Source of the DNA: Paraspadella gotoi
Lineage: Eukaryota; Animalia; Chaetognatha
Length of the DNA stretch: 64,000 bases
Reading direction: 5' to 3'
Assembly (NCBI GenBank): GCA_051294375.1
Contig: JBJCIZ010000042.1
Coordinates: forward strand, 89,970 to 153,969
This document shows positions 49,901 through 62,680 of this stretch, in pieces; within the stretch, counting starts at the first letter, position 1, and every line of letters starts with the position of its first letter. Position numbers and translations under genes: made by a program. The notes under the pieces are model-generated. The model saw only the letters and a program-made list of their open reading frames with translations, was not told the origin of the DNA and did not search any database.

Positions 49901-52684
49901 AGGTCTGTTTGTAATTGTCGGACTCATCAACACACATTGACGGCTCTGCCATATCAGGCAAACTTGTGTGCTGTCGGGAAATCGAGAACGCACCACATCA
50001 CGAGATATTTGCCCGAACTTGCTGCCGCCTGCAAGACAGCCAGCAAGCCAGCGCAGCAACCGCCACACCGATTATGTCTCGTGTCAGCGACGTCCCCGCG
50101 GGGGAGATCTCTGATGGCATTTCGTCGCACGCTCTCCCAAAACAGCGGCGCTGGCCAAAGATCAATTTTAGGCCGCTGTTTTCCGATGTACATATTTTAA
50201 ACAATACTTTAACTGCACGCTTCAACTCTCTCTTCAGATCACACCCTGACGATCCCATTCGAGACCACTTCGGGGATCTCCCGGGCGGCGCCGTCGTCGA
50301 AGCGGCGGCTTCCGCGGCCGACTGTGACATAAACATTTATGTAAATAATGCATTGGTCTTTTCCACTAACAATAAATATGCTGATGATGTTTCTATTGAT
50401 TTTGATGAATGTACTGGATTGTTTACATTGCGTGAGGCCTCCGAAATAGAAAGCCAAGGAAAAGACGCCGCCACGCCCACCATGTGCGTCGCCGTTGACG
50501 TCCCGCCATGTTTCGCCCAACTCCTTCAGATGCGCGCCGAATTGCGAGATCTCCTGATTGGCGCCGCGGGCGACGAGGAGACGCAGATGACAATCCGCGC
50601 TGTACTAAACGGCANNNNNNNNNNGGACAATAGTCGGGAACAGAATTGCAAAAACAGCAGTCTTGCTGGCCTTAAGGGACCCGACGAAGATCAAATTCAA
50701 GTCACCTTGATCCCACGCGAAAAAAGGGAAAAAAGTATTGCGCCGTCCGAATCAGTCTCCCCTAGGGCAAAATCTGGGGCACTCCCCCCGGGCGGGCTCC
50801 CCCAGGGGAAAAATCTGAAANNNNNNNNNNNNNNNNNNNNNNNNNGAAAATGTTGGAAAATCTTGTATTTTTTGGATACTCGACCGCGGGAAAACAGCAT
50901 GACCTTGATAGCCAATTGGCCATCTATACAGCTCTCGATAAACAGACCAAACCCACTAATATTAAGAGCTAATAAAGTCAAATAATAACTCAAACTAATT
51001 GGATGTTACAGCTAGCGAGAGGAACTACCAGGCAAAATCCTTATGCGGATCGAGCGCAGCGAAGTGTTTCTTCAGTGCTGAAAAGAGTCTTTTGTATCGC
51101 CAAACAAAAAGCATCAAATAAACGGAAGAATGCAGTGCAGCAATGGACCACCCTCATCCTCACTTAATAAATCCTGTGACCTGTTTCATTCAGCAAGTGC
51201 TACAATACAAGAGCAAAGTTCACGAGTGCCAATGTGCTATTTGGTAGGCATTTTTTCCCAACAACAGAATTAGTGAAATGGCTCTGATACAGGAGAACTT
51301 CGTCTTACTTATATTCGGTACATGGCAAAAACTATCTGGCTGGCATAACTCCGGGAACTGTTTACTACTCAATCAATTAGGACTGCTAATGGCATTCGTC
51401 CATTTAAACAGAGCGGTGCTACTTGCTTTCATAAGTGGACCTGATTGTCGTTGAGGTAAGTGAATACCTTTTCATGCATTATCGATGGTTCTAATTATCC
51501 TCAGCGACTTTATCTCTGATAGGGAATTCCGTTCTTACCTAGATACCTTACTTTTAACCCTGGATAAACGATATACCTTCACACTGACTAAAACAATGTG
51601 CCGTATTCCACTCATGTTATTGGGTTCTGGGAATGCAGAGAATCATGTTAACTATTCTTGAGGCTGGCTAGTACTACTATCAGTAGGACCAAATCATCCT
51701 GAGCGATTGAAGAAATGCTTTAAGCCGAAGGCAAAGCCATACTGGTCCAGGTATTATTACGGCGAGCAAGCGTGGTATCGTTACGTGGAACTACCAGTCC
51801 GCCATTTTGAAGAATACGAGTATACAAGGACGTCCCTGGAGTCTACGCCCTGACTGCTGATCATTAAAAGGCATTGTATATTACAAGACCCTTGGTCTGC
51901 GTGCCTCGGAATGAATACCGCCGGATACAGTCTTCTCCCCAGCAGGACTGGTAGTTGGTAACATAAAACGGGATTGTGACAACAACATGTGAGTGTGGTG
52001 ATTCTGGCATGTCCTTTAGCGCAGCGTAGCATCATTTCCCTAGTGGAAGAAACTTTGGAAAAACGTTCCACACTACCTGCTACCAGGTTAGAGGAAAGAA
52101 GAAGGGAAATCAGTTACTTCGCACGAAGAATGAGGATAAGACCATGATGATTGGTGAGGCCAGGCCTGACTTAGGTTGTTACAAAGAAATTGGACCAACA
52201 TAGGTGATCTGAAGACATAAAAAGTATCCTAAGTCTCGAATAGTAACATCAATCCAATTACCGAAGATAAGCGCAGAAGACATAGAGGGCTAGGCTATAG
52301 AAAGGTACAGAATATGCATGCGGGCAATATATGGATAGAAAAGGGAAACAAGCTGTTCCTGGAAGAAAGTGGCTGTGGAGAAATCGGCTTAACGGAAAGG
52401 CGCAAAAGAAAAAGCGTGCGAGAGACTTCCTTTGGGAATACCGTGTATTTGTCGCAAATTTCCAGCACTCATGAGGCAGGAATCCGCGATTACGCTGCTG
52501 ACACTAGCATTACGACGAAGAGCTAGTAGCAAGCAGTAGCGCCTAGCGCCAACAGGCGATTCTTTCAGGAACGGAGCTTCTCCGCTCCGCCTCACTCGCA
52601 CTCTTCGCTCACGCACGCAACGTTTCTAGAACCATCACGATATTCTCTGTCGCCATATATATATATATGATCTCTCTCTTATCC

Positions 52685-55600
52685 TTATGCGGAACAGGCT
52701 GAGGTCACCAGTGCCTTCCTCATAGCTGAAAAAGAGTCTTCTGTATCCCCAACAAAAAGATCAATAACGAAAATGCTGCAGCAATGGACACCCTCACCAC
52801 TTAATAAATCTNNNNNNNNNNNNNNNNNNNNNNNNNNNNNNNNNNNNNNNNNNNNNNNNNNNNNNNNNNNNNNNNNNNNNNNNNNNNNNNNNNNNAACAG
52901 AATAGTGAAAATGGCCATTGATACAGGAGCAACTTCGTCTATTATATCAGGTACAATGGCAAAAAGATTATCTGCAGCAATANNNNNNNNNNNNNNNNNN
53001 NNNNNNNNNNNNNNNNNNNNNNNNNNNNNNNNNNNNNNNNNNNNNNNNNNNNNNNNNNNNNNNNNNNNNNNNNNNNNNNNNNNNNNNNNNNNNNNNNNNN
53101 NNNNNNNNNNNNNNNNNNNNNNNNNNNNNNNNNNNNNNNNNNNNNNNNNNNNNNNNNNNNNNNNNNNNNNNNNNNNNNNNNNNNNNNNNNNNNNNNNNNN
53201 NNNNNNNNNNNNNNNNNNNNNNNNNNNNNNNNNNNNNNNNNNNNNNNNNNNNNNNNNNNNNNNNNNNNNNNNNNNNNNNNNNNNNNNNNNNNNNNNNNNN
53301 NNNNNNNNNNNNNNNNNNNNNNNNNNNNNNNNNNNNNNNNNTAAAAATGTGCGTATTCCACTCATGTATGGGTCTGGGAATGCAGAGAATCATGTTAACT
53401 ATCTGGAGCGTTGCTACACTTCAGTCAGTGGAGACCAAATCATCCTGAGCGATGNNNNNNNNNNTAAGCCAAGGCAGAGCATACTGGTCCAGGTTTATAC
53501 AGGCGCGAAGCGTGGTATGCGCTTTACTAACACCAGCCGCCATTTTGAAAATGGTATAAAGGACGTCCCTGNNNNNNNNNNNNNNNNNNNNNNNNNNNNN
53601 NNNNNNNNNNNNNNNNNNNNNNNNNNNNNNNNNNNNNNNNNNNNNNNNNNNNNNNNNNNNNNNNNNNNNNNNNNNNNNNNNNNNNNNNNNNNNNNNNNNN
53701 NNNNNNNNNNNNNNNNNNNNNNNNNNNNNNNNNNNNNNNNNNNNNNNNNNNNNNNNNNNNNNNNNNNNNNNNNNNNNNNNNNNNNNNNNNNNNNNNNNNN
53801 NNNNNNNNNNNNNNNNNNNTCGTGGACAAACAGCTGAAGGATGAGCTTTCTGCATGTCCTTTAGCGCAGGTAGCATCATTCCCTATGGAAGAACTTCGGG
53901 AAAACGTTCCCACACCTACCTGGTTACCAGTGGAAGAGAAAGAAGAAGGGGAAATCAGTTCTTCGGACGAAGATGAGGNNNNNNNNNNNNNNNNNNNNNN
54001 NNNNNNNNNNNNNNNNNNNNNNNNNNNNNNNNNNNNNNNNNNNNNNNNNNNNNNNNNNNNNNNNNNNNNNNNNNNNNNNNNNNNNNNNNNNNNNNNNNNN
54101 NNNNNNNNNNNNNNNNNNNNNNNNNNNNNNNNTATAGAAAAGGTACAGAATGACATGCGGCAATATTGGGATGGAAAAGGGAAACAAGCTTTCCTGGAGA
54201 AAGTGGCTGTGGGAAATCGGCTAACGGAAGCGCAAAGAAAAAGGTGCGAAGACCTTTCTTGGGAATACCGCTGTATTTTTGCAGCAAATTTCCAGCACTC
54301 TGAGGCAGGNNNNNNNNNNNNNNNNNNNNNNNNNNNNNNNNNNNNNNNNNNNNNNNNNNNNNNNNNNNNNNNNNNNNNNNNNNNNNNNNNNNNNNNNNNN
54401 NNNNNNNNNNNNNNNNNNNNNNNNNNAAGAGCTAATGTTCTAGAACCATCACGATATTCCTCTGTCGCCAATGCCTTTGTTATAGAGAAAAAGAATTGCA
54501 AAATTCGCTCTATAGATCAATNNNNNNNNNNNNNNNNNNNNNNNNNNNNNNNNNNNNNNNNNNNNNNNNNNNNNNNNNNNNNNNNNNNNNNNNNNNNNNN
54601 NNNNNNNNNNNNNNNNNNNNNNNNNNNNNNNNNNNNNNNNNNNNNNNNNNNNNNNNNNNNNNNNNNNNNNNNNNNNNNNNNNNNNNNNNNNNNNNNNNNN
54701 NNNNNNNNNNNNNNNNNNNNNNNNNNNNNNNNNNNNNNNNNNNNNNNNNNNNNNNNNNNNNNNNNNNNNNNNNNNNNNNNNNNNNNNNNNNNTCTCTAAC
54801 TACTTGGTCAGTATGAGGGAGATGATGATTTTCATGGAAAAAGACTGCTACTTTACTACCGTTGATTTCAGTAACTTTTTTTATAATATACCCTTGTCAG
54901 TGAACTGCAGAGGGATAATGGNNNNNNNNNNNNNNNNNNNNNNNNNNNNNNNNNNNNNNNNNNNNNNNNNNNNNNNNNNNNNNNNNNNNNNNNNNNNNNN
55001 NNNNNNNNNNNNNNNNNNNNNNNNNNNNNNNNNNNNNNNNNNNNNNNNNNNNNNNNNNNNNNNNNNNNNNNNNNNNNNNNNNNNNNNNNNNNNNNNNNNN
55101 NNNNNNNNNNNNNNNNNNNNNNNNNNNNNNNNNNNNNNNNNNNNNNNNNNNNNNNNCCTTCCGTGACAGCTTTGCTATTGGGACCTACCTGTCCTATGCT
55201 GATAACTTTTCACTTAAAGCCCATACGGTGGACGAAAGCATAGAGCAGTACAGGATTTTCTTGGNNNNNNNNNNNNNNNNNNNNNNNNNNNNNNNNNNNN
55301 NNNNNNNNNNNNNNNNNNNNNNNNNNNAAGAAAAGGACAACGCCTTCCAGTTTCTCGGCTACGAATTCAGAGAAGGGAAAATTTTCCCAGGCAAGAAAAA
55401 GATCTCTGATTATTCTTCGAGACCGCTCCCTTCTAGCCGTAAAANNNNNNNNNNNNNNNNNNNNNNNNNNNNNNNNNNNNNNNNNNNNNNNNNNNNNNNN
55501 NNNNNNNNNNNNNNNNNNNNNNNNNNNNNNNNNNNNNNNNNNNNNNNNNNNNNNNNNNNNNNNNNNNNNNNNNNNNNNNNNNNNNNNNNNNNNNNNNNNN

Positions 55601-57960
55601 NNNNNNNNNNNNNNNNNNNNNNNNNNNNNNNNNNNNNNNNNNNNNNNNNNNNNNNNNNNNNNNNNNNNNNNNNNNNNNNNNNNNNNNNNNNNNNNNNNNN
55701 NNNNNNNNNNNNNNNNNNNNNNNNNNNNNNNNNNNNNNNNNNNNNNNNNNNNNNNNNNNNNNNNNNNNNNNNNNNNNNNNCCGTATCCCGTATGTTCAAC
55801 CAACAGCAGGCTAAATACCACATCAATAGAAAGGAGCTATTGGGCTTATATCAAGCTATGGAGCAAATGGCGCTCTTCTNNNNNNNNNNNNNNNNNNNNN
55901 NNNNNNNNNNNNNNNNNNNNNNNNNNNNNNNNNNNNNNNNNNNNNNNNNNNNNNNNNNNNNNNNNNNNNNNNNNNNNNNNNNNNNNNNNNNNNNNNNNNN
56001 NNNNNNNNNNNNNNNNNNNNNNNNNNNNNNNNNNNNNNNNNNNNNNNNNNNNNNNNNNNNNNNNNNNNNNNNNNNNNNNNNNNNNNNNNNNNNNNNNNNN
56101 NNNNNNNNNNNNNNNNNNNNNNNNNNNNNNNNNNNNNNNNNNNNNNNNNNNNNNNNNNNNNNNNNNNNNNNNNNNNNNNNNNNNNNNNNNNNNNNNNNNN
56201 NNNNNNNNNNNNNNNNNNNNNNNNNNNNNNNNNNNNNNNNNNNNNNNNAGGATTTTTCAATGGAGCTAGAAGAGCTTAACAAAGCCTTCCTTGATAACCA
56301 GGCCATTGATCATATTGAGGATGNNNNNNNNNNGGAAACAAGAGCTTCTGATCAAATGTGCTACCTTATGGCACAAAGTGAGGATGATTGTCCAGCAGCC
56401 CTGCTCGGGGAAGGATCCAGCCCCAGCATCACAAAGAAAGGCAAGAAAAGAGCAAGGGAGCTAACAGAAGATACTGGCCAGCCGCTGCGGCAGTCTAAGC
56501 GGTTAATAGCACAGCAGGAGAGTACCCCTGCTATTGTTGATAGTCCACCGCCACAACCCTGCCATATAGAGGACACACAGGATGAAAACTTTGCCCGAAA
56601 AGACGAAAACATTACTGAAGTATNNNNNNNNNNNNNNNNNNNNNNNNNGTATTATTAGGACTACAACAGACAGGGAGGCTTACATCATTGGTCCCATCAA
56701 ATTGTGGGAAGATGGCAAATTGACTTTAAAACATTGCCAAATAACGCAAGAGAATAGCTCAAAGACAGCTTTGATATTAACCAAATATACAGGACAGAAT
56801 TCCAGAATTCTGCACAGGGGGGTGGCAAGACAGGGAACACACAATTCAAAGTCACCAGAGAGGGGTATATTGAACGGCGAAATACATAAACATGAGAAAG
56901 TCGACGCGCGTATCTGAATCAGATGAGAGCCGGTGCCGATTTGGACAAGGATGGAGACGTCGGATGCTCTTGCGCGTATCGAGATGAACGAAAGACCGAA
57001 AGTTGTTCAGAGGCGGCGATTCGAGATATTTGAGCCGGCGACTGATACTGCGGGTTTCTATGGGGAAGAGTTAGCAACGTGACATTTGTGCAGAGCTGAA
57101 GTAAGACAAAAGGGGAAATGCAGCGGCGCAGGAGAAGTTATCGATCTCCATCGCGGCGAAAGAGGCGATAGAATGGGCGTGCACCGGAGACATGTACTAC
57201 GCGCATCTAAATATTTGAACCATTTAAATTCGAAAAGAAAACTTAGAGATAAATCAATGGACGTATTATTAAAAGATGAATGAAATTGGAAACGGAATAT
57301 CTTCCATGTAAGTTCACGAAAATAAGGCAGGCAAAGTGTGGCGGACATGCACGCGACCTTGGCCCATACAACCATCAGACTGCGTGTGCCATCGGGCAGG
57401 GGTGTACAGATCAAGTTGAAAGCGGTTTGTGAAAAGTTTTCCATCATATGCAAAAATTGCGCGTTGGCGCAAAACCAAGCTCGCAAGGAAGAAAAAGTAA
57501 AATATCCGACCGAAGCAATATGCCGGAACACCTTACTGAGCGGATTGCTGCAAATTAGAAGAATTGAGGAAGGTTAATCTCCTGGTTTAAATCGGTACGT
57601 TGCGTGAGATACGTGTTGCCTGCGCTTGAAGAATAAGAGTCAGCAGACGTGACATGCGCGATGCGGCATTTCAAGCTGTATCAGTCTCTGCGAAGACATG
57701 CTGGCCGATTGGGCAAGATTTGTGCAACAACGTTATGGCGCGGCTGGAAGCCATTTGGCTTCCACGACCATCCGGCCCAGAAAACTCTAACCTGGCGGAG
57801 AAGATGAACGCCACCATCGTCACGACTTATTGCGTCGAGTGGAACCAGATGGAAATCCATTGGTTTGATAGACTGGCATCTGAATTCTGGCATATATCTC
57901 GCCAATTCGATACATGAGACCTATCATGTTCCCATTGACACTCTTCTAACGGGAGGGAAC
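52685..57960 (+). CDS. pol: pol, copy 5 (PR, RT, RNase H, linker, integrase)
   Basis: IDTGA; TTVDFSNFFYNIPL; SYADNF (YADN at 55195-55206); SRMFNQQQAKYHINRKELLGL (RNase H); integrase HATLAH...CKNC (57338..) and ENSNLAEKMNATI. Confidence 0.85.
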
Positions 57961-60402
57961 CAGCGTATCAATATGCAGGATGAGGAGCCAGGCTGGAGGG
58001 CCCAGATGGAGACTGACGCTAGATATTTAGAAGAAAGAAGATAACCACACTCAGAGGAACTCGTAGACCGGCGTTTGTAAGGCTATAGACGATCGAGAGC
58101 CGCTGGTTTGGTCCCATACAACAGCCAGTTAGCGACGTCGGGAAAAAAGTTTTTAGTTATGGAAACTTTTTGTTTGAAAAGAAAAGATGTGAACAAAAGT
58201 AACAGATCGTTGCTTATACAACTCATCAAATTAGACAAGCTCTATCATGAAATAAAGGAATAAATTTTAGTGGAACGAGAAGTGATGGAACCAAAGCGGT
58301 GTCGTCCTCAGACGCACCTTGAAGAAACTTCGGAGCGGGCAAGCCACTTTAGGGCGCAGATATCAGCGCTTTTGAAAAGAAAATAAATTTATAAAGTGTA
58401 AGTGGCGATGACGCGGAGCTTATGCCTACGACGACTGAATGGAACGGAGCGACTGGAAGACGCGTGTAGAACAAGGCGCCCGAGCGGACGTATCGCGCGC
58501 CCCGTTAATCATCTTGCCGGCGGACTGCCTTCTACGCAGTCGGCTGACTGACGAATGGCCATATCGTGCCCGCGAAGGCTCCTGCCATCAGCTACTGGCG
58601 AGAACTGTCAACACACCAATATATGAAAAATTTGCGAGCGTGATATTCTGCTTACTCCGGAGAGGGTTTATAATATTGTCAAATTGAAAACAAATCATTC
58701 CTTTACTTCACGGGAAACTTTGGCCCTCATGTTAATTTTAAGTTTCAAGGAATGACTGCGATAACAGCACTGATGCGCCGACCGGGTCCGAATGCTCTTT
58801 GTATTAATCTGCGCCGTGCGCACTGCGCGCAAAACGGCGCGTTTCGCGCGGAAATAAAAGACTGATGTCTAGCTCGTCTCTATCTTATGATAGAAATTGG
58901 GTGACTAATAACATTGTAAAAAAAGATATTCTACTAGATTGAAGTTTTTTCGTAGCCGGACTGGGTTGGCAGTTCAATAAAAGCCACAGAAAGGAGCATG
59001 AACGGTTACCGTTTCCATACAGCGGCAAGGCGCGTGTAAAAAACAACTTGGCACAGTTTCTAGCGGTGAGAACGTGGGAAATGTAAATGGAGGAAAAATC
59101 AACTTGAACTAGTTTCCTCAATTACAGAATGAACGGTTAAGCGTTGCATAAGCGGCGACAGCGGCGGTGTAATAAAAAAAATCAACTTGACCTTATTGTC
59201 TCCGGGCGGGATGTTACGCGTAGCTGCGTTAAAAGAATAGAAGTTAACAATTTATGATCGACTTGACCTAAATGTCACGTCGTACGCAAAGGCGAGAGTA
59301 ATGGGCAAGGAAAACGAATTTCAGGAGGCCCGCGTGAAATGGTTGACTTTTGGATGCTTTAAATTTTGAATATATTTGAATAATATTTGGTGACATTTGA
59401 ATGATATTTGAATGATTGATTAAATATACATGATGCAACCCGCGGTGCGGCAAAATCGGAGGACATAAGAACGGCAAATACGGAAGTGGAAGAGGTCGTC
59501 AGAATATCTGTGTCGTTGAACCGCATCCTGCTTTGGATAAAGATCAAGGCTCCGCTCAAGAACAGCTGAACGACGCGGAAAGTGCATCAAGTTTGAGCTT
59601 GAGAGGCGCTCTCGCCATTTCCCAGGGAGCCTCGCTCCAGAGGCCACTTCGGAATTCTGAGCGCGCGACTTCCGGTCCCGCCATAAATCCCAATGAAGAA
59701 CGACGTAGTAACAATTTAAATGCATGAGAAAAGGAGGGGCTTGTGCATCGAAAAATCTTCAAAAATAAAAAAAAGACTATTACAGACCATATATTTCGCA
59801 TGGCTGGGAGGAGAAGAGACCTGATTGGAAAAGGCGGCGCGGCCACGTCCCTGTTCAGTCTTAAATGAGGGGATATGTAAGGGGATGTATGTGCAGCTCG
59901 CGACGAGGCACTCAGCACACTGAATAATTGTTTTTTTGCGTATATATATTTTTTTTTTTTCTTTTTCTCTTAATGTTTTTGTTTTTTTTAAAGCTATGAT
60001 GTTCTACATTATTAATGATGAATTGTGATATTTTTTTTTTTCAGTGATGATATCCTATGATCGGCCTGGTGAAACATGCTTCCAGTTTGTGATAATTCGC
60101 GTGATTGTCTCAGCTGCAATGATGTGATCTGACGATATGTCCGCGTTTTGATGATTCCTCCCCACCGCTTTTGTTTTTTTTTCTCTGATTTTACTTGACT
60201 GTTAACTAGAAAGCTTTGGTGATTGGTAATTGAACTGTTATTCGTTTTGGTTTTAATTTGTGCATGATTGTTGAGTTTCCCCCATGTTGACTACGCTTGC
60301 ATGCAGCTTTATGCACATGAGACTCACCTTTGACCTTGACAGTGCCTGAGACATGATATGTACGATGGTCCATGCCAGTTCTAGGCATCTGGATGCCATC
60401 CT

Positions 60403-60646
60403 GGGGCAAAGTTCGGGGGCGATGAAGGAAGGGGTCTAGCCGAAGGCATCGTCATCCTCCCTTTCGTATCTCTCATTTTTCGAGCTGCGGGCTTTTGGGG
60501 TCCATCGGATTTTATTTTCGAAAATTATTCATACTTTTTCCTCTTTTAGTAGACGTAAATTTGTTATTATTATATTATGCCTTTTCTCTTGTCAATAACG
60601 GCTTTTTATCTTCATTGAATCTATAGTTTGCCAGAGAACATATTAT
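60403..60646 (+). repeat. PPT-like tract (60403-60419) and 3' LTR (60420-60646)
   Basis: ggggcaaagttcggggg then cgatgaagg...gccgaaggcatcgtcatcctccc...ttgccagagaaca; not followed by a PBS. Confidence 0.8.
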
Positions 60647-60649
60647 GCA

Positions 60650-61230
60650 GGGCCTCCTACCAGACTATGTAGCTCAGAGCTAGGCTCGGCTCGAACGCCA
60701 CGTGCCGGATAACGCGAGAAACTCTGGAGTAGTACCAAATGTTGGAAGAGGAGAGACGAGACGCCTCGAAAGCAATGGAATTCAAATTGCGCGGCTTACT
60801 GAAGAAGACGACGGACAACTCCACGAGCTCGTCAAGACTGTCTCAGATGATGGACTGAAGAGAAGCTCAATCAATGTCTCGTGTTCAGAAGGGTCAAACA
60901 GACAAAGACAGCACAGGCCACAAGCCTCTACAAGAGGCAAGAGAAGATGAATAACAACAATGAAAAAACGCAACAAATCAGGAAATGAAAAAATTAAATA
61001 GACAGCAACACCGCACGAACCAAATACAACAGAGACGTTGAACATGAGAACACGCAGCAGCCCAAGAACAGAATTTGAAAAAAGAATGATAGAGAAACAG
61101 CCAGGATTGGAAAAATGAAATGAAGGTTAAAGAACTAGCGAATGTCGCGAACAAGTCGGAAAAAGTCCGCAAAAAAAAATCTGAAAATAACAATGCTGAC
61201 GAAGATTATAAGATTGTAATAAAGGGGAGT
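60650..61230 (+). pseudogene. Continuation of the second gag-like ORF
   Basis: ccagactatgtagctca and aaatgttggaagagg...aattcaaattgcgcgg...tgaagaag match ~15772-15970. Confidence 0.55.
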
Positions 61231-61389
61231 AATACTAATGGTAAAATGGTTGGGGCTATAGCGGGGGTTTAAGGGGGATTTGAAATTTCGAGTTGAAGGA
61301 CTTGTTGAAGGACTCTTGCGGCTCAGTTGCGATGACTCTCTATGTTTAATATAAGAGTTGGGATTTTGCGACATCCTTATCATAATTAA

Positions 61390-61620
61390 ATTTAATTGAC
61401 AAGGAAGATTAAAAAATATAATTTTAATCCTGGCAGGAGACTATATTTGATTGAATCTGAAAGGCAGACTAAATTGATTAATCTGACAAGGGACTAATTG
61501 ATATTAATCTGACAAGGCAGACTAAATCTGATTTAATATGAAAGAAGCAAGACTAATTGATTTATTGACAAGGAAGACGTAAAATCTGATTTAATCTGAC
61601 GGCAGATTTATCTGCGAGAG
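61390..61620. repeat. ~29-bp minisatellite (aatctgacaaggcagactaaatctgattt)
   Basis: About 7 degenerate units. Confidence 0.75.
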
Positions 61621-61639
61621 AATATGATTCAACTTTAAT

Positions 61640-62680
61640 CAGTGTCGCAATCGAGTCCGCAACTCAAAAAATTGTTAATAAAACTTTTAACGAGTCCACG
61701 AGCCGCAACGAGTTCCGGAAAGTAGTATCGCACAGTCGCATGAGTGCCGCAACAATCCGCAAGAGTCGCACTCATAAAAATTGTTATAATCAGTTTTTAA
61801 CGAGTCGTCGAACGAGCGCAACGGAGTCCGCAAGGAGTGTAACGAGTCCGACAACTCCAAAAAATTGTTAAACATTTTAAGCGTCGCAAGGAGTCCGAAA
61901 TAGTCGAACCTTGATAATTTTGTGCTAATCCTTTTTACCCCGCTATAAAGCCAACTTTCCCTTTAAAAAATAAGTTTTTTTATATTAAATGGTCAAATAA
62001 ATTGAATTTTTTAGGGAAGACGAAGTATTGAAAATTCTTAAAAATATGCTTCCATAATGCCGATTTTTTGGAGTTGCGGACTTCTTGGCGGACTATCATT
62101 GGCGAGGACTTTAAAAATTCTCTCATAGTAGCAATTTTTTGGAGTTGTCCGGACTCGTTGCGGACATCATGTTGCGGTACATCTTTAAAAATATTCTCAT
62201 AATAGTTTTTTTGGAGTTGCGGACTCGTGTGCGGCTCATTGTCGGGACTCATTTAAACAAAATCTCTCTATATAGCGATTTTTTGGAGTTGCGATATCGT
62301 TGGGACTCATTGCGGCTCTTTAAAATATCTCTCTATAATAGCATATTTTTGGAGTTGCGGAACTCGGTGGCGGACTCATTGCGGACTCTTTAAAAATAAA
62401 TCTCTCTATAATAGCAATTTTTTGGAGTTGCGGACTCTTGCGGATCTCATTGCGGACTTCTTTAAAAAATATTCTCTATATCAGGATTTTTTGGGTTGCG
62501 GACTGTTCGACTATTCGGACTCTTTAAAAATATCTCTCCTATATGCGATTTTTTGGATTCGGACTCGTTCGACTCATGCGGATCTTAAAATATTTCTATA
62601 TGAGCGATTTTTTGGAGTGCGGACTCATTGCGACTCCTTAAATAAATCTCTCTATATAGTGATTTATAGAGATTTGTAGA
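61640..62680. repeat. ~60-bp satellite (ttttttggagttgcggactc...tttaaaaaatctctctata), inverted block 61640-61905 and direct block 62040-62680
   Basis: Units gagtccgcaactccaaaaaa versus ttttttggagttgcggactc. Confidence 0.85.

Larger units (their letters stand above)
44762..60646 (+). mobile_element. LTR retrotransposon, copy 5 (heavily gapped; leader to 3' LTR; redundant noisy insert at ~49300-52655)
   Basis: Colinear islands of leader, ORFs, gag (ATG 47372), PR, RT, RH, IN, PPT and LTR. Confidence 0.85.

Noticed and set aside
49300-52655. Apparent internal duplication of the gag 3' half to the RT start in copy 5
   Set aside because: Bounded by N gaps and low-quality sequence and redundant with the flanking contigs; most likely a gap-filling artefact.
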